Assembly (NCBI GenBank): GCA_030606485.1
Contig: JAUWGH010000002.1
Location: 450,001 to 482,000, forward strand
Direction of reading: 5' to 3'
DNA length: 32,000 nucleotides
From: Promethearchaeota archaeon
GTDB taxonomy: Archaea; Asgardarchaeota; Lokiarchaeia; Sigyniarchaeales; SOKP01
Below are positions 9,955-19,400 of this stretch, piece by piece (position 1 is the first letter of the stretch; each line of letters begins with the position of its first letter). The translations under genes and the position numbers were made by a program. Below the pieces are notes generated by a model. The model worked only from the letters and a program-made list of their open reading frames with translations, ran no database searches and was not told the DNA's origin.

Positions 9955-12900
9955 CTAATAATTATAAGAGCCTTGATTTTCAGGATAAATAAACTCGAAT
10001 TTATTAGTGAGTGATTTATGATTAAGCCATTTTTTTATGTTTTTATCCCAGAGATGACAATCCAATGGATTCGGATGTTTGAATTTATCAAATAAATTAT
10101 TAACAAAAAGATCTCCTTTAACTAAATCAAAAAATAAAAGATAATGTTCTATTTTAAAATAATTGAATAATTGAGTAATAATTTTCTTAAAATGATTGAA
10201 AGCGGAATCTGGTAAATAAAATTTCAAAAATAATCCATTTTCAAATTTAATCATTTTATCTTCTTCTTTAAAATAATATTCCCCCTCTATTTCATAAATG
10301 AATCCATAATTAAGGAAATTAAAAATCTTAATAATTATTTCGATTTGTTCGCGTGTCAAATCTGGAACAATTGCATAAAATTTAAATTTAAGACCCGTAT
10401 TTTCTCTAAGTTTTATTTGGGGAAAAATTAATTTTTTATTAATCAAATCTTTAATGTTATTTAATCTGGATTTATGTCTTAATTTTATCATATCCAAAAA
10501 ATTTTGACCATTTAAATCTATGATATTTTGAAAATCTTGGTCGAATTTTCCTTTAATATTTTTTTCATCTCTTTCAGAAACATTAAAAACTTTACAATCT
10601 ATAGAAGGATCAAAATTTTTATCAAATAATATTTTTTGAACAAATATTTCAAAAGTTTGGTATCCAAAATAAAAGCCATCAGGGCTAATATTAAAATTAA
10701 AATTCAAAATTGGAATGATTTTTTTAACTGAAAATGATAAATATTCATCAATTTCTCTTTTACTTTTTAAAACCCAGTTCAAATATGAGAAATTAGGATT
10801 TTTGGAAGGAAATATATATTTAAAAAGATAAGAATTTGCACTTTCCAATGAACAAGTGTATTTTATGCTCTTGAATCCTAATGGAAATAGCATCTTCCAT
10901 TCAATTTCATTAGGAATACTTGGTTTTATGTATAAGTAAAAATTTTCTAAACCGAATTTTTGATACGAAGGAATAAGTTTAATATTTTCAATATTTTTTG
11001 AATGTTTAATAATGTTTGAAAGATCATCACTTTTTACAAGTTTTTCTTCAAGATTATTGTGTAAATCTTCAATTTCTTGAGAGATTTCTAAATTTAATGT
11101 TATTTCTTTTTTTAATTTTAGATTTTTTGAATAAGTTTCAAAAGAAATTTTTTTAACCAAATCAGTGTTAAAATTAGTGAGTTCTATACTCTCTTCCTTA
11201 TGATATGAAGATATTTTGCGATCTTTAATAAGAGAGATACTAAATTTTGATAATTCATCAAAAAAATCTTTACTATAAAAGAAATCATTATTTTCAACAT
11301 CAAAGAAATTTTCTAAGCTGAAAATTGAAATTATGTATGAATCAATAAATTGTTTAAAGAGAATGAGATCATGATTAAATAATTTGTAAATTAGACCCAA
11401 TAAATTTATTTTTTCATTGTCATTTAACTCAATACAATATAAATATAGAAAAGTGTATTTTTCCCCGGAAATTAGGTCAATGCTTCTATTTATGACTACT
11501 CTTGGAAAAATATCCTTAAGAGAATTAATCTTTTTTTCTGTTGTTACAGAATCCTTTATTAATAAAGTATAAAAAATTGGGCAGATTTTTCTGGCAGAAA
11601 TGGAAGTAATTAAAAATGGAACTGCTCCTGGAGGGTCAGATTGAACAGTTTGAGTTAATCTCGCATCAATATCTTGAAAAGTAATTTTTTTTAATCTATA
11701 CTCCTTTAGGATTTTTTGGATTTTTTGAAATTTTGTAGTATAAATATTTTCTGCTAATTCTTTTTTTGTTAAAATGGCTTCAATCACTTTTAAATTAAAT
11801 ATTTTCAGATTCTCTGATGTTTTAAGTAATTGTAAAAAGTTTTCATATTCACTCTTCTCATGCAGAAAATTAGAATTGTTCATAAAATACACTGAAAATA
11901 AGTTAAATAAATTCTTCTTGAACTGAGAGTAATTATATTCAATATTTTCATCAAACTTTGGACCGATTCCGTTTTGTTCAATGAAATCAAATAGCATAAT
12001 TTCATTTTTTAGTTCTGGGTGAGTTTTTAGAATTTTTTCTGTGAGATCTATTAATTTTAAAAAGAAAGAAATTTGTTCCTTAATATAAAAAAATCCGAAA
12101 TTTTTATTTGAATCGATTAATGTGAGGAATTTTCGTTTTAATTCCGGGTCTTCGTAAAAAATATTCAAAATCTTTTTTAAATCCTTAATAATATTTTTTT
12201 GAGTTAATAAATAACTAAATACATCACTTTTCACTTTCTGTAATTGCTTCCATTTTTCCTCAAAACTAAAACCAGTTGTTGCAAACCATCTAATCCTATT
12301 GAGGAGTATAATATCAAATAGATCCATAACCTTTTCTTCTTTAGAAGTGTATTTTAAAGAAGGAGAAAATATTAAATGTTCGTTAAAATCCTTATCTCCT
12401 CTCAGTAATAACTTTTTATTCAAAATATTTTTTTTAAAGTAATTTAGGTTTAGGAAATTTTCATGGAAAACAAATTTTAACAAAAAAAATTTCTTGATAA
12501 TTCCATAATTAATTAAGGTTTTAAAAAATTTTTTTAAATCATCAATATATTTCATAGGGATTACAAAAATTCCTGTAACTTCAACCCCAAACTTTGATTC
12601 TTGAGTTCTATTTACCCAATAAAATGGTAAATGTTGTAGAATTTTTTGTACCTTATAATTTCCAAGTTGAGGGTTAAAAAATATATAACAATAAACCATA
12701 TTACAAAAATAATACTGCCAATTAATTTGATAATTTGGGGAAATCACATTTTGAGGTAAAAAAGTCTTAAAATACCGATTAAATTTCTTTGGAGTAAAAG
12801 AGGTATTAATTTTTTGCTCTAATTTTAATTTTTTAAACATATTTTCAAAATCCGCTCTTCTCGTATAGCGTTTTGTTATTTGAAAAATACCGTATATTAA

Positions 12901-13497
12901 TGAAAAGAATTCTAATTCATCTTCATTCTCAAAATAACCTTGTATTATGTTTTGTGTCATAATATCGCGAAATAGATTATATTCCACATCGAGATTCAAA
13001 AAAAGAGATGAATGTTTATGAATGTAATCAAATAGATTTTTTAAATTTTTTATTATAAAATCGCCAAATCTAAATTTCCACCATGCATATAAAGGATCTG
13101 TTTTGAAGTAATTTTCCCATTCATTAAAATTCGGAAGTCTATTTAATAGATCTGAAACCTTTACTAACACTATCGTTTTTAACAATGAATAATTCTGTAA
13201 AGGGATTGGTATAAAAAGGTAAAATGACTCTCGTAGGAGAATAAATTTTATTATTTTCTGCATATCTGAATGGATCTGCAGAGTAATTTTTTTATTTTGT
13301 TTGGAAGTTCTTTTAACACCAAAATCAAACCTTTCATTTTCAAAATTTGCTAAGTAATCAATTTTTGAAATAAAAACTTTTTGAGGGTGAATTGATGGTT
13401 TTCTTTTTAGATATTCTTCTAATTCTTCCAAACAATAATTAAACCAATATTCTACATTGTCGGGAGAAATCGTATTTTTAATAAATTCTTCTAGCAT
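9955..13497 (-). CDS. Large hypothetical protein (1180 aa) with about four degenerate Lrp/AsnC-like wHTH-RAM modules
   Basis: Long clean ORF. Repeating pattern: ISPNYQINWQYYFCNMVYCYIFF; VPFLITSISARKICPIFYTLLIK; LIPSYQKFGLENFYLYIK; IFPQIKLRENTGLKFKFYAIV. The CDS is certain; the fold call is an inference. Confidence 0.55.
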   Translation of the reverse strand: MLEEFIKNTISPDNVEYWFNYCLEELEEYLKRKPSIHPQKVFISKIDYLANFENERFDFGVKRTSKQNKKITLQIHSDMQKIIKFILLRESFYLFIPIPLQNYSLLKTIVLVKVSDLLNRLPNFNEWENYFKTDPLYAWWKFRFGDFIIKNLKNLFDYIHKHSSLFLNLDVEYNLFRDIMTQNIIQGYFENEDELEFFSLIYGIFQITKRYTRRADFENMFKKLKLEQKINTSFTPKKFNRYFKTFLPQNVISPNYQINWQYYFCNMVYCYIFFNPQLGNYKVQKILQHLPFYWVNRTQESKFGVEVTGIFVIPMKYIDDLKKFFKTLINYGIIKKFFLLKFVFHENFLNLNYFKKNILNKKLLLRGDKDFNEHLIFSPSLKYTSKEEKVMDLFDIILLNRIRWFATTGFSFEEKWKQLQKVKSDVFSYLLTQKNIIKDLKKILNIFYEDPELKRKFLTLIDSNKNFGFFYIKEQISFFLKLIDLTEKILKTHPELKNEIMLFDFIEQNGIGPKFDENIEYNYSQFKKNLFNLFSVYFMNNSNFLHEKSEYENFLQLLKTSENLKIFNLKVIEAILTKKELAENIYTTKFQKIQKILKEYRLKKITFQDIDARLTQTVQSDPPGAVPFLITSISARKICPIFYTLLIKDSVTTEKKINSLKDIFPRVVINRSIDLISGEKYTFLYLYCIELNDNEKINLLGLIYKLFNHDLILFKQFIDSYIISIFSLENFFDVENNDFFYSKDFFDELSKFSISLIKDRKISSYHKEESIELTNFNTDLVKKISFETYSKNLKLKKEITLNLEISQEIEDLHNNLEEKLVKSDDLSNIIKHSKNIENIKLIPSYQKFGLENFYLYIKPSIPNEIEWKMLFPLGFKSIKYTCSLESANSYLFKYIFPSKNPNFSYLNWVLKSKREIDEYLSFSVKKIIPILNFNFNISPDGFYFGYQTFEIFVQKILFDKNFDPSIDCKVFNVSERDEKNIKGKFDQDFQNIIDLNGQNFLDMIKLRHKSRLNNIKDLINKKLIFPQIKLRENTGLKFKFYAIVPDLTREQIEIIIKIFNFLNYGFIYEIEGEYYFKEEDKMIKFENGLFLKFYLPDSAFNHFKKIITQLFNYFKIEHYLLFFDLVKGDLFVNNLFDKFKHPNPLDCHLWDKNIKKWLNHKSLTNKFEFIYPENQGSYNY

Positions 13498-13537
13498 ACT
13501 ATAATATTATAAAACTTAATCTTATTTTTATTTTAAT

Positions 13538-14062
13538 TCATTTTTCTCTTAGGTCTAAATCATAATACTCCAAATCTTCTAAAGTATTACTGACCTTTAC
13601 AAAATCTTTTACAACACATCTAAATTTAAAATTTAGTTTATTGAGAAGATATTTCATATTTAAATTTCTTGATAAAGTATTACAAGTAATCCATTCAAAA
13701 CCTTTATCTTCAATTTGTTTTATTGTTTCTGAAAAAAAATGCGTACCGATTCCTTTTTTTCTATATTTACTCTTAATAATCACTCCCATATTAACAGATT
13801 TTGGAAATATCGGGTTAAAATCGTTTATTACCGCATATTCACAAATACCAATAATATCTTTCTTATAATCTTTATTATTAGAGTAAATTACATTAACATA
13901 ATATTTCGGATTTTTCAGTTGCTCGAAATAGATGTTTTGGGGTATCTTAACTGCAAATGAATCGGAGTAATAGTCTTCAAAAAGTTCCCATAACAAATCC
14001 CTTAATTCAAATTTTTCTTTATGTTCTAAAGTTTTGAATTTTAATGAATCAATAATTGCCAT
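13538..14062 (-). CDS. GNAT family N-acetyltransferase
   Basis: Acetyl-CoA binding motif VIIKSKYRKKGIGT and C-terminal NLNMKYLLNKLNF. Confidence 0.85.
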   Translation of the reverse strand: MAIIDSLKFKTLEHKEKFELRDLLWELFEDYYSDSFAVKIPQNIYFEQLKNPKYYVNVIYSNNKDYKKDIIGICEYAVINDFNPIFPKSVNMGVIIKSKYRKKGIGTHFFSETIKQIEDKGFEWITCNTLSRNLNMKYLLNKLNFKFRCVVKDFVKVSNTLEDLEYYDLDLREK

Positions 14063-14293
14063 TGTAATATTCTCATTATAATGAATAAATGAATTCTAAG
14101 ATATTGTTATTCATTAGATGTATTAAAACCATCTATTTTCAATAATTTTTTCTATATCTTAAGAATTTTTAATATTTTAAAGTTTTATTAAGAGTAAGAG
14201 TTATAATTTAATTTTTCTTATTAAAAAATTATTTAAATTCCGGTATTATATTCAAGATTAAGTTTAATAAAAAAAAAATTTAAACTGATAATT

Positions 14294-15274
14294 ATGGGAT
14301 TTATTTCTGGATTAAAAGAATTATTAAAAAAAGGAATTTTTGCTTTTATCTTATTATCGTTTATTCTAGCTTGGTTTCTAATCTTGTTCGGAATAACTTT
14401 TATTCCTACTGCAAATTTTCACATTTTTGCAGGGTGGTTTATTGCCATTTTAATTGGATTTAACATTGTTTTATTTATTTTTTCATTTTTTAAATCTGTT
14501 GATAAAATGGGAACAGCTTTAATAATAATTGCATTTATAATTTCATTACCCTTATTAATTATTTTTACTTCAATCGTTGGATTTTTTTTTATATTTTGCT
14601 TCTTCGCAAATCTCATTTTAACATCATTTTTTTACTTTAAAGTTTCAATAGACTCCGCTACTAAAGTAGATGATTATTTATATAAAAAGAAAGGCTCCAG
14701 AAAAGTAACACGAACACTAGAATTTTTAATTTTTGGAATTCTTGATTTTTGGTTATTAATAATCACAGCTAATTTTTTTGTGAGTTTAAACCCAGCAAGC
14801 TTTATCATATTCCAAATTATTTTCTATGTAAATTTAATATTAATAGTCTTTGTAATATTACAACTTTTATTTACAAAAAAATTCGCTGCATATATCACCT
14901 TATTTTTTCTATTATCATTATTTTATATTATTTACATATTTGTTGATATATTAGCTGAATTAATTTTCACTGGTCTTGGAACCTATACTTGGATTTCATT
15001 CTTCATTGATTTAATTCTATTTTTATATATTATTGGGGCGATTTACGACAGAGTTGATTACTTAAAAGAAAAACTCAAAATATTTAGAGCTGATACGATT
15101 GCTTTATTCGTTATAATAATAAAGCTCCTCGTTCAAATTAATGAATTATTGAATTTAGGGGCTCCACCAAATGTCGCTGAAGAATTGATGGTGTTATATG
15201 TATTTATTGCGTTTAATTTGCTGATTGGAATTTATTCGATTTTTGCTCATAAAGAGGGAAAAACTGGAAAATAA
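14294..15274 (+). CDS. Polytopic membrane protein of unknown function (about 9 TM)
   Basis: Hydrophobic segments throughout; no family motif recognised. Confidence 0.7.
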   Translation: MGFISGLKELLKKGIFAFILLSFILAWFLILFGITFIPTANFHIFAGWFIAILIGFNIVLFIFSFFKSVDKMGTALIIIAFIISLPLLIIFTSIVGFFFIFCFFANLILTSFFYFKVSIDSATKVDDYLYKKKGSRKVTRTLEFLIFGILDFWLLIITANFFVSLNPASFIIFQIIFYVNLILIVFVILQLLFTKKFAAYITLFFLLSLFYIIYIFVDILAELIFTGLGTYTWISFFIDLILFLYIIGAIYDRVDYLKEKLKIFRADTIALFVIIIKLLVQINELLNLGAPPNVAEELMVLYVFIAFNLLIGIYSIFAHKEGKTGK

Positions 15275-15344
15275 TATATTTTATTAATTCACTATTTTTT
15301 TATATATCTAATATTTAAATTCTCGGTAGATCACAAAGCTTTGT

Positions 15345-15848
15345 ATGGATGATAGAATTGATGATCTTTACAATAAACTTGGACAATTATTTGTAGCAGT
15401 GGAAAAAATAACTGATGATGTTGCATTAATAAAAAATAATCTTGATACGATTTCTAAGACTAAGGGATCATTTGGTTTAAAAGCGATTGCAAAATCAAGC
15501 CTTCTAAAAGATTTTGAACCTATTGAAGGTATAGGGACTGGAACTAAAAGATATAAATTATTTTTCAGATTTATTAAGGATGAGTGGAAATCAACTGTAA
15601 ATGATTTTCTGATTGGCGTAAAACAACAAGATCGTAGTTCTAATTATGATTTAAAAGCATTGGGTATAAGAATTCATATTAATGATACACGAAAATTACG
15701 ACAATTAGCTAAACAAGTTATTTCACTCCTCCATATTTCATGTGAGATTAATAGTATTGATAGTACTACTATTTTACGTGAGATTATCCAAGAGATAAAC
15801 GCAAAAAGTGATGCTATGGTTAGAGAGATAAGGGAAAAAATTCATTAG
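15345..15848 (+). CDS. Hypothetical protein: N-terminal coiled coil plus possible PC4/PUR-like beta-sheet-helix domain
   Basis: Heptad-like N-terminus (IDDLYNKLGQLFVAVEKITDDVALIK); later alternating beta pattern ending GIRIHINDTRKLRQL. The CDS is solid; the fold is speculative. Confidence 0.6.
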   Translation: MDDRIDDLYNKLGQLFVAVEKITDDVALIKNNLDTISKTKGSFGLKAIAKSSLLKDFEPIEGIGTGTKRYKLFFRFIKDEWKSTVNDFLIGVKQQDRSSNYDLKALGIRIHINDTRKLRQLAKQVISLLHISCEINSIDSTTILREIIQEINAKSDAMVREIREKIH

Positions 15849-16472
15849 CACAAGTAAAAATCTATATATATAATTACAATTTTAGATTCTCTTTATATAT
15901 GATTACTACACTGGAAATCTTAGAATGGCATCATTATTGCACAACATCAATTTGTATTAGCCATCCTTTTGAGATATTGAATTCCATTCTTAGATGATGC
16001 CAAATATTTTTAGCAAATATATCTGAAGTACATATTTAAAGGTCTTAGTTGCCGAGAAGAAGATCAATAAAAAACAAGACTTTTTAAAAAGAATTTTCTT
16101 TAGAGTATCATTTTGAGTTATTTACTACGTCATTTCTTATAGAATATAAAGAGTTTAAATATTATCTGAACATAAATAAAAATTATCAAAGTGAATTTAC
16201 AATATTGTTAACAAAATTATCATGAATAAAATTTTAAAAATTCTCTATAAAGAAATTATAAAACAATAATACTATTCCTTATATCAATTAGTCATTTTAT
16301 AGATCGAGGTTTTTATTAATTTTTTAAATTTTTCACTATTTCTTTCATTGAAATGAAAGATTTTTATATTAAAAAACCGAATATATATCAAAGTTAAAAA
16401 CGAGATTTTAAATAGATTTCCTCTAAGAACTAATTAATCCAATTATAAATTCATCTTAAAAATAATTTAATA

Positions 16473-19400
16473 ATGCCTGATTCGAAGCGTAAAATAAGGC
16501 GCAAATATGTTTTATCTTCAATTATAATTGTTTTCATATTGTTTTCTTGTTTTTATCAGATTAAAAACTCTTATTACTATTCCAGTGAGAATTATAGACC
16601 TATAAACACAAGTAATGGCCATGAACGGATTTTTATTGATGGAGATGCTACTGGAGTAGGTGCCCAAAATTGGACTTATGCGTTACAGCAAAATTGGTGT
16701 ACTGGATCTGGAACTTGGGATGAACCATATATTATAGAGAATAAAAGAATAGATGGTCAGGAAATAGGAAACTGTATTGAAATAAGAGATTCCATAGCTT
16801 ATTTTCAAATAAAGAATTGCACTCTCTATAATTCTAGCATAACGACGTCGGGAATACAATTAACATACGTTGATAATGGAATCATATTAAGCAATAATTG
16901 TTCTTTTAATAATGGTAATGGTATAGATATTTTTATGTGTGATAACAATACCGTAATAAATAATACTGTGAGCAATAACACACTTTCAGGCATAAATTTG
17001 ACTACCTTTAGCCACGATAACAACATTACCGGTAATCTTGTTAAAAATAATTTAAAAGATGGTATAAAAATTGGAAAAGAATTATTTTCAAACTGTAATG
17101 ACAATATCCTTTCTAATAATTCAGTGATATCAAACGATGGTAATGGTATATCGATATTAAGTGATTATAATGATCTTCTTAACAATAGCGTTTTATATAA
17201 TAAATTAAATGGTATTTTTTTGAATCAAAGCCGTTATGGAAATATATGGAAAAATAATTGTTCTTACAATTATGACTCTGGAATTTTAATTGATCGAGGT
17301 GATTATAATAATATTTCAGGTAACGAAATCAGTTATAATTACAAAGGTATTGATATTTCAGGGTTGTGGTTTTGGGAAGAATGTTTAGATAATGAGATCT
17401 CTAATAATAATATACATAATAATAGGGGAGGAGGGATTGAACAAGATTATTGTAAAAATACAATAATTTCAAATAATAACTTTACTAACAACAAATTATA
17501 TGGGGGATATAATAATAATAATACAAAGATTTATAAAAATACTTTCGAAAATAGTGGGATTTACTCACATGATAGCAATTACTCAGTTATCTATGACAAT
17601 AAAATAAACGCTAGTGATGATTATTGTATAAATATAAATCGGGCTTATTATTCCAATATAACGGGAAACACGATATATAATGGCGGCATATATTATGGAG
17701 GTATTCGCATTAATGAATGTAATTCTTCAATTCTTTCTAATAATACTTTAGACTTGAATACAAAAAAGGGAATTTATATATATTTAAGTAATCACACGAC
17801 TTTGACTCAAAACAAAATGTATAATTGTGGTATCAAATTCGAGGATTCGTTAGAAAGCGCTTCTACTTCTAATATTGATGCATCGAATACCATTAATGGT
17901 AACCCTGTGTATTTTTATTATAACAAATCCAACTTAAAACCAATTAATTTTACTGACGCAGGGCAAGTAATAGCGATTTATTGTAATGATTCGATTTTAT
18001 CTAATTTTAACATCAGTTCTATTTTAAGCGGAATTTCAATGCATTTTTGCAAAAACATCTCTATTTCAGAAGTAAATATTAGTGAAAACGATTATGGTAT
18101 TTATCTAAGCCAATGTATTAATATTACGATGAATAATATCACTCTTTCAGATAACGAATATGGAATCTACCTTCCAAACAGTAATAATACAGTCATTTCA
18201 ACGATCACATCTTTATTTAACGAGTACGGTATTATTTGTTATAGAAACCACAATATTACTATAAACGAATGTAATATTAATTATAGCGAATATGGAATTA
18301 TATCATCGGCTTGTAATAATATCAATCTTACTGGCAATACTATAGTCAATTGTGATTATGGTATTTATACAACCTCAAATCGTAATGTCACTTTATGTTC
18401 AAATAGATTATTTAACTGTGGAGTAATATTAAATGATGTTATTTCAAATTTTTTAACTTATAAAATAAATACCTCTAATAAGGTTAATAACAAACCTTTA
18501 TATTTTTATACCAATAAACTTGGACTAAAACCTTTCAATTTTTCTAATGCGGGTCAAATAATATTAGTTAATTGTAATAACTCACGTATTTCGGATGTAA
18601 AAATGTCAAATTGTTCTCGTGGTGTTTCATTACTTTCTTGTAAAAACATTTCTATTTACAATGTTACTTCAATAAATAATATAGATAGGGGTTTTTACTT
18701 AGGTGGAGGTTTTAACAACACTGTTCAAAAGTGTAATTTTTCATATAATTTAATTGGATTATATCTGGGAAATACACATAATAATACAATTTTAGAAACA
18801 AATACATCTCACAACACACAAGTGGGGATATATATTTCTGGAAGTAGAAATATCACTCTTATAGGAAATAGACTAAGTTACGACCTAGTGGGTATTAAGC
18901 TAGATAATAGTTATGATTGCAATCTTACAGATAATAATATGAAAAATTGCGGCATAGAAATTAAGGAATCTATTGACTGGGAAACTTATTCAACAAATTC
19001 TATTGATACAACAAATAAAGTAAATGGAAAAGATGTTTATTATTATTTTAATAAAACTAATCTAAATTCAAATGATTTTATTAACGCAGGTCAAGTGATC
19101 CTTGTCAAATGCAACGACTCCTTAATAAATAACTTAAATATTACAAATATTTCTAATGGAATTTATATGTATTATTGCAATAATCATATTATTTCAAATT
19201 GTCAAATTACAAATAATAATTATGGAATTTATCTATATTTTGGGAATAATTTTTTACTAACAGGAAATACCATAAATCGAAATTTTGTTGGTTTATCGTT
19301 AATCTCTAATAATAGTACAATAACTCAATGTGACTTTATAGAGAACAATCATTCCATTAGTGGAGAAGGAAGCAATAATCTAATTTATAACAATTATATT

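Noticed and set aside
15915-16005. Partial inverted similarity (TGGCATCAT / ATGATGCCA and AGAATGG / CCATTCT) in the intergenic region before the receptor
   Set aside because: The two sub-blocks are in inconsistent order, so they do not form a clean stem or terminal inverted repeat; no transposase or target-site duplication nearby.
16190-16270. Faint resemblance to a TIR C-terminus (EFTI...LYKEII) upstream of the receptor
   Set aside because: Needs an 11-nt insertion plus a frameshift and consists of low-complexity AT-rich codons; compatible with chance.
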